A DNA stretch of 64,000 nucleotides, taken from the IMG/VR virus record IMGVR_UViG_3300018422_000001, positions 1 to 64,000 of that record. One strand, 5' to 3'. The position numbers and the translations under genes were made by a program. The notes beneath the pieces are model-generated. The model saw only the letters and a list, made by a program, of their open reading frames with translations. It was not told the DNA's origin and searched no databases. This DNA is from a virus. Within the stretch, counting starts at the first letter, position 1; every line of letters starts with the position of its first letter. Shown piece after piece: positions 46,374-55,023 of the stretch.

Positions 46374-48677
46374 GTGGCGCTCAACAATCTCGGGCTCGGC
46401 TTTCTTTTCAACGCGCAGGACATGGCGTCCGGCACGATGAAGAAGCTCGGGGCCAACCTCAAGGGGCTCGAGGAACAGTCCGGGCACTCGATCGGCAACA
46501 TCGATCAGATGGTGTCCAAGCTGAGCGGCGGTCTCGCCGCTATGGCGATCGGCGCCGGTGGTCTCGCAGCGGCGTTCTCGCTGGCCGGCGCGTCGGCGAA
46601 GTTCGAGATGGCCACGGCTCAGGTCGGCGCCGTGGCCAATGCGACTACGGAAGAACTAGTAGCACTCGAAGACGCGGCGATCAGCTTGAGCAAGTCGCGC
46701 GGCTTCAAGCCCACGGAAGCGATGCTCGGTCTCAACGAGTTGGCGCAAGCCGGCTTCGATGCGAAGACGTCGATCGAGTTGCTCGATCCCGTGCTGCTAC
46801 TCGCGGCGGGCTCGCTCGGAGATCTCAACCCGCAGGAAGCAGCGGGTGTGATCTCGCAAACGATGAAGGCGTTCGCGATCGAGACCAAAGACGCCGGCAT
46901 CATGGTCGATCAGATGCTCGGTGCAGGCATGGACTTCGCGACGGGGGCGAAGGATCTGCCGATCGCTCTCGGTCGCATCGCGAGCGGCTCGATCGCGATG
47001 AATCAGAACATGACTGAGTCGATGATCGCGTTCGGCATGGTCAAGAACGTGATCGGTGGTGCCGAGGTCTCTGCTACCGCCCTCAACTCTGCGATGTTGC
47101 GTCTCGCCGATCCAGAAGTCTCGAAGATGATGAAGGGGCAGGGCGTCGCTGTAGCCGATTCAAACGGCAAGTTTCGCGATTTCCTCGACGTCGTAGCCGA
47201 CCTACAGCCCGCGCTCGGGAAGATGACAGAGCAAGGCAAAGCAGGGTTTCTCAAGAAGGCTTTCGGTGAGGATGCGTTGAAGGCCGTGATGGCCATCAGT
47301 AGTCAGATGGAGTCTGGCGTCGTGGGAGTCGATGGCCTGTTGCGCAAGGGCGGAGAGGTCGCGGACTACTATCGCAACCGCATGATCAACGCGGGCGGCG
47401 TCGGTACGATTTTCGCTGACAAGATGCTTGCGACGTTCGAAGGCGTGCAGAAGCAACTCGCGGGCTCGATGGAGACTTTCGCGATCAAGCTCGGTGACCC
47501 GTTTAGAGAAATCTTCAAGCCTGTAATGGTGGCCGTTACCATGGGGCTCGACTGGATGACAGAGGTGCTCAAAGGCATGAGCCCCGAAGTGAAGAAGTGG
47601 GGTGCATTGCTGCTCGTAGGCGGCTCCGCGTTGCTACTTTTAGCCGGCGCCATGTCGGTCGGTTTCGCGATCGCGCCGCTCTTCGCAGGCGGTCTCACGG
47701 CGTTGTCGATCGGCTTCACTCAGTTCTCGTTGGCACTCGGCTCGACGTTGCTCGCGGCGTGGCCCTTCGTGCTCGCAGGCATTGCGATCGCGGCGATCGT
47801 CTACGCGATCAAAGAGAACATAGGCGGGATGGGTGACGTCTGGGATCGAGTGGTCGGCATGTTCGCAGGCGGCGGCGACACGCTGAAAAACATCTTCGGC
47901 AAGGTGCTCGCGTTCGTTACGCCTCTTTGGGATGCGCTCAAAGAGGGCTTTGGGGTGATGTGGGAACGGATGCAGCCGATCTTCGGCATGCTCGCAACGT
48001 CGTTCGACGTCTTGCTCGATGCGTTCTCACGACTCGGCGCGCTCTTCGATTCGACTGCGAGCGGGCCCGGTTCGTTCCTGATGAATGTGTTCCGCGGCAT
48101 CGGCAAGGTGATCGGATGGGTGCTCGGCGTCGTGATCCAGCTGATCACCTACTTCGTCTTCTTCGCGAGCATTGTCGCGCATGTCTTTACCGGACTCGTC
48201 GGCGTGGTGATGACGATCTTCACCGCGCTCTACGATGGGATAGCGTGGTTCGTCGACGCGTTCACGAGCTGGATGAAGGTGCTCGGCAAGGGCATCGACG
48301 TCGTCAAGGGTTGGCTTGGCATCGAGGTCACTGCAGGTCCGGTCGAGGACAAAGAAGCGCAGCCCGACGCTTACGGCTCGGTCAAGTATCGCGGCATGAC
48401 GGATCCGACAGCGCCGACAGCTCCGACAGATCCCACGAAGCCGAACGACGAGATCACGGCCGCTGCAGAGATGGCGGCTCTCAAAGCGCCTGCAGCAAGC
48501 CCTTTTGAGACGGGCGAGAAGAATGCAGATCAGATCGGCGCTGCAGTGGCCAAGGCAATGCAGAAGATGCCGCTCACGGTGAACATGGATGGGCAGAAGG
48601 TCGGTGCTCTCATCGCGGCTGCAGGGCGAGCCGATATGGCCCGCTCGAGTTCGAGCAACGTCGGGAGCGAGCGGTGA
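46374..48677 (+). CDS. tail tape measure protein
   Basis: 767 aa. Ala/Gly/Leu-rich with hydrophobic central segments. Canonical position. Confidence 0.85.
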   Translation: MALNNLGLGFLFNAQDMASGTMKKLGANLKGLEEQSGHSIGNIDQMVSKLSGGLAAMAIGAGGLAAAFSLAGASAKFEMATAQVGAVANATTEELVALEDAAISLSKSRGFKPTEAMLGLNELAQAGFDAKTSIELLDPVLLLAAGSLGDLNPQEAAGVISQTMKAFAIETKDAGIMVDQMLGAGMDFATGAKDLPIALGRIASGSIAMNQNMTESMIAFGMVKNVIGGAEVSATALNSAMLRLADPEVSKMMKGQGVAVADSNGKFRDFLDVVADLQPALGKMTEQGKAGFLKKAFGEDALKAVMAISSQMESGVVGVDGLLRKGGEVADYYRNRMINAGGVGTIFADKMLATFEGVQKQLAGSMETFAIKLGDPFREIFKPVMVAVTMGLDWMTEVLKGMSPEVKKWGALLLVGGSALLLLAGAMSVGFAIAPLFAGGLTALSIGFTQFSLALGSTLLAAWPFVLAGIAIAAIVYAIKENIGGMGDVWDRVVGMFAGGGDTLKNIFGKVLAFVTPLWDALKEGFGVMWERMQPIFGMLATSFDVLLDAFSRLGALFDSTASGPGSFLMNVFRGIGKVIGWVLGVVIQLITYFVFFASIVAHVFTGLVGVVMTIFTALYDGIAWFVDAFTSWMKVLGKGIDVVKGWLGIEVTAGPVEDKEAQPDAYGSVKYRGMTDPTAPTAPTDPTKPNDEITAAAEMAALKAPAASPFETGEKNADQIGAAVAKAMQKMPLTVNMDGQKVGALIAAAGRADMARSSSSNVGSER

Positions 48678-49501
48678 GCCTTCGAGAGGACAACCGCACG
48701 TTCGCACGCACGACTTACGCGGCGAGTCTGGTTACCACTCCGCAGCGCTTCTCGGTTTGGAACGCAAGTGCGAACCAAGAGGTCGTTGCGCAGATGAATC
48801 CGACGACGTTCGACGAGAGCATCGGCGCCGAGTACGAGAAGCTGTCGACGCAAGGCCAGTCGCATCAGCGCCAGCACTATCGGAACACCTCGAACTACGT
48901 CGTGTCGATGGAACTTCGCTGGCGAGCGTTCTCTGAAGACGAGTACGCAGAGATGATCGTCGCGCGGCATCAGCTCTTGAGTTGGTGCTATCCATGGCGC
49001 ACGGCGGGGCAACGCCAGATCGGGCCGCCCCGGTTGATCGCGACATGGCCGAGTGTCTTCTCGATGAGTTGCTACCTGATGAGCTGCAAGATCAAGCACG
49101 AGCGTTTCGGGCTCGACGGCGGCTCGCTCGCCTTCACTGCATCGGTCGTGTTCGAAGAAGCTCGCGATCGGTTTCTGTCGAGTAGCCAAGTCGCAGACGT
49201 GATCGTTGTGCGCGGGCTCGAAGCGAATGACGAGGTCGAGCCGGTTGCGAATCCAAAGCCGGCGAGCGCTCCCAAGCCGCAAGGCAACCCCAAACAAGAC
49301 GCGTACATTTACAACAAGTGGTTTTCAGCTGCCGCGCTTAGCGGGCTCTCGCCTGAGATGCAGCAGGTTGCTGCGCCCTACGTTGAGGCCGCAGGCAAAT
49401 ACATGCAGCAGCCCGCTAGCAAGAGCCGGACGGCAAACCTAGCGAACACAGCGGCTATGCTAGACGCCGCGCTAATCCACAATAGCGCGTACCAGGGTTG
49501 A
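48674..49501 (+). CDS. tail/baseplate protein (tube-initiator-like position)
   Basis: GTGA-coupled to the tape measure gene. Precedes the LysM protein. Confidence 0.5.
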   Translation: MSLREDNRTFARTTYAASLVTTPQRFSVWNASANQEVVAQMNPTTFDESIGAEYEKLSTQGQSHQRQHYRNTSNYVVSMELRWRAFSEDEYAEMIVARHQLLSWCYPWRTAGQRQIGPPRLIATWPSVFSMSCYLMSCKIKHERFGLDGGSLAFTASVVFEEARDRFLSSSQVADVIVVRGLEANDEVEPVANPKPASAPKPQGNPKQDAYIYNKWFSAAALSGLSPEMQQVAAPYVEAAGKYMQQPASKSRTANLANTAAMLDAALIHNSAYQG

Positions 49502-49504
49502 GCA

Positions 49505-49849
49505 ATGGCCGTCTACGAGCACAGTCGACACACGTTCTGCCACGGCTTCACGGATGCCGATGGCTGCGCGTTTCTCGACGACCGCTCACCGTTCCGCTAT
49601 CGCGACCTGCCCGACAACGCGACGCACATCGTCAAGCAAGGCGAAACCATCTGGTCGATCGCGGGGCAGCACTTCTCGCCGCACGAGCGCGCGGCGGGCC
49701 TGTGGTGGGCGATCGCAGACTTTCAGCCCAATCCGATTCACGACCCGACGATCGCGCTCGTTGCAGGCTCGGTGCTGATCTTGCCGAGCTTGCGGACTGT
49801 GTTGCACGACGCTCTCGGTGAGCAGAGGCGGCGCGAAAGCCGCCTATGA
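49505..49849 (+). CDS. LysM-domain tail protein (P2 gpX-like)
   Basis: HIVKQGETIWSIAGQHF...WWAIADFQPNPIHDP...GSVLILPS. Confidence 0.7.
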   Translation: MAVYEHSRHTFCHGFTDADGCAFLDDRSPFRYRDLPDNATHIVKQGETIWSIAGQHFSPHERAAGLWWAIADFQPNPIHDPTIALVAGSVLILPSLRTVLHDALGEQRRRESRL

Positions 49850-51261
49850 GAAACGCTCCGCAGATCGAAGTATCGGTCGAGCCAGAGGGATCGCCGAAGG
49901 TACGAGTCGACATGAGCGACTCGATCATTTCGCTGTCGTACGAGGACTGCGAGAACAAGGCCGACAAGCTCTCGCTCGTCGTCGATAACCACGATCTCTC
50001 GCACTTCGACGATCCGATCTGGCGCCATGGCAACAAGCTGCACGTGAGCTGGGGCTATGCCGAGTCGATGTCGATCACGCGCATCTGCCAGATCCGAAAA
50101 ATCTCGGGCTTCAAAGAGTTGACGATCGAAGCGCTCGGGCGCGAGGTCGAGGTAAACGTCGAGACGAAGGTCCGAGCGTTCGAGGGCGCGAGTCGAAGTG
50201 ACGTCGTGCGGCAGATTGCGGCCGAGTGGGGATTCAAAGACGCAACGCAGCTCCACATTCAAGACACGAAGCGCTCTCGCGCTCACATTACGCAAGCGCG
50301 ACAGACAGATGCTCAACTCTTGCGGCGACTCGCGAGCAAAGAGGGCTTCGAGTGGTACATCGATCACGATGGCTTCCACTTTCACGAGCGGAACTTCATG
50401 CAGCGCTCGATTCGCACGTTTTCGTGGGTCGACGATCCGGACAACTCTGAGATCCAATCGATCATGGTCGAGAGCGATGTCACCAAGCGCGCGGGCTCGG
50501 TCGCGGTCAAGAGTCACAGCCCGGTCGCGCGAAACTCGATCCTGACTCTCGCAACGCAGGCGAGCCAGAAGGATCGCGCGGTGCTCGCATCGGTGGTCGA
50601 GGCGCCGGGCCTCACCGAGAAGGGCGTCCCTGGCTACAAGTCGGTCGCGCATCACGAGATCATCACGAGCACGGATGACGACGAAGAAGGCGCGGCCCGC
50701 ACGGGCGCGGCTGCGTTTCGAAACGCTCAACACCGAGCAGTCAAGCTCACGATGGAGTGCGAGGGCGATCCGAACGTGTACGCGAAATCGATCATCGCGC
50801 TGACAGGCGTCGGTAAGCGGCTCTCGCAGAAGTACTACGTGCGAACGGTGACGCACGTGATTCGAGGCGGCTACACGATGACGCTCGAGTGCGTGTCGGA
50901 CGGCTCGGGCGGGCACACGACGAAGAGCAAGCACGCGACCCATGCGAGCGCTGTGCAGGTCGGGCCTGCGATCGTCGGCAAGAAGGGCCCGAGCACACCG
51001 AGCGTCCGAAACTCGATCCTGACGCTGGCCAACTCGAAGAATCCGAAGGCCCTCGAGCCCGTCACCAATCCCGACGGCAGCAAGCAATTCGTGCCGCCGA
51101 ATTCCAGCGCTCTCACGCCCCCTGCAGTGCCCGGGCCCGCAGCTGCCCCTGTAGCGTCGATCGACCCGGCTGCGGCCCGCAGAGCGGCGGCAGAGGGCCT
51201 GGTGTCAGTAGATCCTCTGATGTCAGTCGATCCGCTGATGTCTGAAAGCGACGAACCGTGA
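49846..51261 (+). CDS. baseplate hub / late control gene D-like protein
   Basis: ISLSYEDCENKADKLSLVVDNHD...GNKLHVSWGY...VVRQIAAEWGF pattern of gpD/gp27-like hubs. Confidence 0.75.
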   Translation: MRNAPQIEVSVEPEGSPKVRVDMSDSIISLSYEDCENKADKLSLVVDNHDLSHFDDPIWRHGNKLHVSWGYAESMSITRICQIRKISGFKELTIEALGREVEVNVETKVRAFEGASRSDVVRQIAAEWGFKDATQLHIQDTKRSRAHITQARQTDAQLLRRLASKEGFEWYIDHDGFHFHERNFMQRSIRTFSWVDDPDNSEIQSIMVESDVTKRAGSVAVKSHSPVARNSILTLATQASQKDRAVLASVVEAPGLTEKGVPGYKSVAHHEIITSTDDDEEGAARTGAAAFRNAQHRAVKLTMECEGDPNVYAKSIIALTGVGKRLSQKYYVRTVTHVIRGGYTMTLECVSDGSGGHTTKSKHATHASAVQVGPAIVGKKGPSTPSVRNSILTLANSKNPKALEPVTNPDGSKQFVPPNSSALTPPAVPGPAAAPVASIDPAAARRAAAEGLVSVDPLMSVDPLMSESDEP

Positions 51262-51830
51262 ACGACAACGAGAATGCACACGTCTCGCTGTATGAGGGGA
51301 CCGTTTACGACAACCGCGACCCTCTGCGCCTCGGGCGGATCAAGGCCAATGTTCCGGGCGTACTCGAGCCCTACAGCGGTTGGGCTCTGCCGATCGGGGG
51401 CACGGGCGGCGGCGCAGAAGATTCGGGTTGGTGGCAGGTGCCGGCGATCGGGGCCAACGTCGCGATCATGTTCCGCGAGGGCGACCCGGACCATCCTCGC
51501 TACTTCGTCGGCGGTTGGGGTGCGCCGGGCGGCGTGCCGCAGAGCCCGAGCTTCGCGAGCGAGCTGCCGGCGGGCGAGGCGGTGCAAGTGGCCGGGCTCG
51601 AGACCAAGCGGTGGAACATCGTCGTCGACGATCGGCCCGGGCACGAGAGCGTGCGGATCGTCGATCGAAAGTTTTCGGGCAACTCGATCGAGATCGACGG
51701 CGTGCTGCAGGGCGTGACCATCAGCGGCACCGTCGGAGTTCAGATCAAGAGCACGGGCGTCGTGAACATTCAGGCGATGCAGGTGATCATCAACGGGCGC
51801 GTGGTGCTGCCGACGGGGAAGCCGATATGA
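51258..51830 (+). CDS. baseplate spike (gpV / gp5 OB-fold) protein
   Basis: YEGTVYDNRDPLRLGRIKANVPGV...GWWQVPAIGANVAIMFREGDPDHPRYFVGGW. Confidence 0.8.
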   Translation: MNDNENAHVSLYEGTVYDNRDPLRLGRIKANVPGVLEPYSGWALPIGGTGGGAEDSGWWQVPAIGANVAIMFREGDPDHPRYFVGGWGAPGGVPQSPSFASELPAGEAVQVAGLETKRWNIVVDDRPGHESVRIVDRKFSGNSIEIDGVLQGVTISGTVGVQIKSTGVVNIQAMQVIINGRVVLPTGKPI

Positions 51831-52540
51831 GTCTCGATCTCAGCTCGCTGGCATGCGTCCCGATCGGCGAGATGCCGAAGCCGCTTTGCGTGACGTTGCC
51901 GGGCGGGCTCGAGGTCTGCGCGATGCCGGGCGATCTGCCGCCGTCGCTCTTCTCGTACGCACGCACGGCACTCGGTGCTGCAAATAGCGCGATGGCTCCG
52001 CTCGGGCCGATCTTCACGATCATCGAAGTCGTGACGAGTGTGCATGCCTGCCTCAAATCGATCGTCGACTGCCTCGGACCGCCGCCGAATCCCGCGAAGC
52101 TGATCAAGGCTCTGGTCGATCTCGCGAAAAAGATGGAGGCACTGCTCAAGCTGATTCCGCAGCTGAGTGTCCCGCTCATGATCGTGCAGCTCATCGACGT
52201 GCTCATCGCAGCGCTCGACGGCGCCGCATCCGAGCTAGCTGCGTTGGCCCGGTACGCGTTGCAGATCCAGCAAGCCGAGCTTGCCGCGCAGTCAGCGCCG
52301 GCTCTGCTCGACATGATCGCTTGCTCGAGAGGCTCGCTCGAGATGCAGATGAGCAACATCGAATCGGCGTTCGCTTCGATCAACCCGATCATCGAGCTGA
52401 TCAACACTCTCGGCGGGCTCGCGGGTCTGCCGCCGATCGCGGCGTTCTCTGGCCTCGATCCCGACCCGACCGTGGCGACAGAGGCGCTCCGAGCGGCGGC
52501 CGACGCGCTACGAGTGGTCCGATACGCGATCCCGGTCTAG
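51827..52540 (+). CDS. hypothetical baseplate-module protein (237 aa)
   Basis: ATGA-coupled start 51827 within ORF 51380..52540. Confidence 0.5.
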   Translation: MSLDLSSLACVPIGEMPKPLCVTLPGGLEVCAMPGDLPPSLFSYARTALGAANSAMAPLGPIFTIIEVVTSVHACLKSIVDCLGPPPNPAKLIKALVDLAKKMEALLKLIPQLSVPLMIVQLIDVLIAALDGAASELAALARYALQIQQAELAAQSAPALLDMIACSRGSLEMQMSNIESAFASINPIIELINTLGGLAGLPPIAAFSGLDPDPTVATEALRAAADALRVVRYAIPV

Positions 52541-52562
52541 TGCTTGTCGTACCCTCGCCAGC

Positions 52563-53525
52563 ATGGCTCTCATGCGCATCGATCAGGCGTCCGAGGCGGG
52601 CTTCGAAGGCTCACCGGGCGTCGCTCGCAATTGGGGTATGGCCGACTCGACTGTCTATCTGGTCGACCTCACGCCGGGCGGCGAGACGCTCTTTGAGATC
52701 CTGTGGGCCGATGACGATCAGAGCCTAGCGACATTGCACGCCAGTGACGGCGACGGGCATACGTGGGAGTTCATCCCAGGCGCCGGGCCGAACGGCGGCG
52801 GCAACGCGATCCGGATTCGTCTGACGCACACGGCGCCGGGGCAGGTCGTGACAACGCAGATCCGGATCTTCGGGATCCCGGATGCCAACGGAGTTGTTCC
52901 GCCCGCGCCGGGCGAGCTGGCTGATCCGAACGCCTCGCTACTCAACGCGACCGACCCGGCTGTGATCGATCGGTGCGAGCGGAACTGGCCGACGACTCGG
53001 TTTCCAGCAGGTCAGCCGTTCGGCTGGAGCGATGCGATCCCGCGCACCCCTGTCGCGGCGGGCGGCGGTCTGCCGCCGACCTACTTCAAAGCATACGCAT
53101 CGTCACACTACTCGATGGGCAACGACGCAATCCCATGGGAAGGGCTTATGGGAAAGCTCACCATTCTTGAGGGCGAAGAGTCGGAAGGCATTGTGCGCGA
53201 CGGTTCGTCTTTCAGTGTGCCGGCGACAGGTCTGTACGTGCTTGATCTGATGGTGACGTACTACGTGAGTCAGCCAACTCCCGCATTGTTCGGGTTACGC
53301 GCGAGACGAGGCTCTGAGACCTTAGCTCAACAAGTCTCAAGCCAGACGGGTTTCGCCGACGATGGCGCCGCCATGCTTCATGCTGTGATGATGCTCGACG
53401 CGGACGACACCATCACGCTCGAATATTCTCAGGCGACTGGCGGCAACGTGAGCGGCGGAGCGTGGCCAAGCTTTGGCGGGGAGGCGGCTCGGCATTCAAA
53501 CATCGCGATGTATCGGATCGCCTAG
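52563..53525 (+). CDS. fibre-like protein with C1q/TNF-like C-terminal jelly-roll (putative receptor binding)
   Basis: FSVPATGLYVLDLMVTYYV...HAVMMLDADDTITLEY resembles the C1q head-domain pattern. Confidence 0.4.
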   Translation: MALMRIDQASEAGFEGSPGVARNWGMADSTVYLVDLTPGGETLFEILWADDDQSLATLHASDGDGHTWEFIPGAGPNGGGNAIRIRLTHTAPGQVVTTQIRIFGIPDANGVVPPAPGELADPNASLLNATDPAVIDRCERNWPTTRFPAGQPFGWSDAIPRTPVAAGGGLPPTYFKAYASSHYSMGNDAIPWEGLMGKLTILEGEESEGIVRDGSSFSVPATGLYVLDLMVTYYVSQPTPALFGLRARRGSETLAQQVSSQTGFADDGAAMLHAVMMLDADDTITLEYSQATGGNVSGGAWPSFGGEAARHSNIAMYRIA

Positions 53526-53798
53526 ATGGGATGCGAACGGCTATCGGTCGAGCTTGAGCAAGTCGCGCTCTCGATCGACATCGCGCAAGTGGCTCTCTCG
53601 ACCGACATCGGGCAAATCGCGCTCTCGATCGACATCGCGCAAGCGGCTCTCTCAATCGACATCGAGCAAGTCACGATCGATGTCGAGTGGTGCTCGGAGA
53701 AGGGTTGGTACGTACGAGTCGAGAACATCACGTATCTCGGAGAAGTCGTGACGTACTTGGGCGAGCCGATCACGCACCGAGTGATCTACGAGGAATAG
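53526..53798 (+). CDS. small protein with 4.5 tandem 9-residue repeats (xQ[VIA]ALS[IT]DI)
   Basis: 27-bp DNA repeats at 53566..53694. ORF track. Confidence 0.5.
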   Translation: MGCERLSVELEQVALSIDIAQVALSTDIGQIALSIDIAQAALSIDIEQVTIDVEWCSEKGWYVRVENITYLGEVVTYLGEPITHRVIYEE

Positions 53799-53803
53799 CC
53801 CGG

Positions 53804-54187
53804 ATGGACATCACTGAGCTAGGCGCTGTTCTCGAGTTGGTCTCGCGGCCTCACCGAGATACCTCCGAGCAGAGCCGTGCGAACAAGCGAATGCCAGCCT
53901 TGACGACACTCGCAGACGGCGACCTCGCATGTGCAATCGCGGTGACCCGTAATCCAGCGACGGGCGCGTACGTCGGCGTGATGGTGAACGGGATTGTCGT
54001 GACGGAGCTTGGCGACGGCACCCGAATCGGCGCAGCCTGTTACTACAGCGGCGATCTAGGCACGACTGCCCGAGCTTGGGGTACCGTGGTTGTTGGCGAT
54101 ACGTGCCATTGGAACGGTTCCGTCGCTGGCTATGAGCTGGCGCCGACAGATGTGATCGATTTCATTTACGAGGAAGGACCGCCCTAA
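53804..54187 (+). CDS. fibre-module protein sharing a C-terminal domain with 54187..55020
   Basis: CYYSGDLGTTARAWGTVVVGDTCHWNGSVAGYELAPTDVIDFIYEE versus CYFSADSGTTAKTIANIAAGDTLYWVGTVALYQLAATDVIDFDYVV. Confidence 0.5.
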   Translation: MDITELGAVLELVSRPHRDTSEQSRANKRMPALTTLADGDLACAIAVTRNPATGAYVGVMVNGIVVTELGDGTRIGAACYYSGDLGTTARAWGTVVVGDTCHWNGSVAGYELAPTDVIDFIYEEGPP

Positions 54188-55020
54188 TGCTCGACGGCAA
54201 ACAAATCCGAGACGCGACCATCACTGCAGCGAAGCTCGCATCGAGCATCCTATCCGGGCTCTTGAGGGCCGACGGGACGGTGCTCTGGACTGCGAACCAG
54301 GACGCTAACGGCAATCGATTGGTCGGGCTCGCGCAGCCTGTCAATGCGAACGACGCCGCGAGGTTGACCGACATCCACAACATCCCGTGGAAGCAATCGG
54401 TCCGAGCAGCGACGACAGGCAACATCACATTGTCTGGCGCGCAGACCATCGACGGCGTCTCGCTGATCGCTGGCGATCGCTGCCTCGTACGAGCACAGAC
54501 GCTTGGCCAAGATAACGGCATCTATGTCGTGACGGCTGGCGCGTGGACACGCGCGGCGGACAGCGACAGCGCGGCCGAGTTGCGTGGTGCTCTCGTCTCT
54601 GTCGAGGCGGGCACGGTGTCTGCGGACAAGCGCTACGCGATGACTACCGACACGGTTACGCTCGGCACCACGCCTCTCGTTTGGGTCGACATCGGCAGCG
54701 GTCCGACAGCGGCATATCCGACCACGTCTAACAAGGGGATGACCGCGAGCGTCACGAGCGCTGACTTCCAGGTCGCGTGTGCGACCACTGTTGCCACGAC
54801 ACCTGCGCAGGACAGCCACTGCAGCGTGCTCGTCAACGGTGTCTCAGTGCAGGTCGGCAACGGCGTGAAGACCAAGGACTGCTACTTCAGTGCAGACAGC
54901 GGGACCACGGCCAAGACGATCGCGAACATTGCTGCAGGCGACACGCTCTACTGGGTTGGTACCGTCGCGCTGTATCAGCTCGCGGCGACCGATGTAATCG
55001 ACTTCGACTACGTGGTGTAG
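54187..55020 (+). CDS. tail fibre-like protein
   Basis: N-terminal LDGKQIRDATITAAKLA as in fibre proteins. ATG overlaps the upstream TAA. Confidence 0.6.
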   Translation: MLDGKQIRDATITAAKLASSILSGLLRADGTVLWTANQDANGNRLVGLAQPVNANDAARLTDIHNIPWKQSVRAATTGNITLSGAQTIDGVSLIAGDRCLVRAQTLGQDNGIYVVTAGAWTRAADSDSAAELRGALVSVEAGTVSADKRYAMTTDTVTLGTTPLVWVDIGSGPTAAYPTTSNKGMTASVTSADFQVACATTVATTPAQDSHCSVLVNGVSVQVGNGVKTKDCYFSADSGTTAKTIANIAAGDTLYWVGTVALYQLAATDVIDFDYVV

Positions 55021-55023
55021 CTT

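Noticed and set aside
51380-51826. The N-terminal 149 aa of ORF 51380..52540, and similarly 20834..21016, 34970..35065, 45285..45320, 57258..57332, 58790..58873, 59501..59932 and 28445..28570.
   Set aside because: These extensions overlap the preceding well-supported gene in another frame and are Arg-rich. Internal starts with ATGA/GTGA coupling or SD sites give products that begin where recognisable sequence begins.
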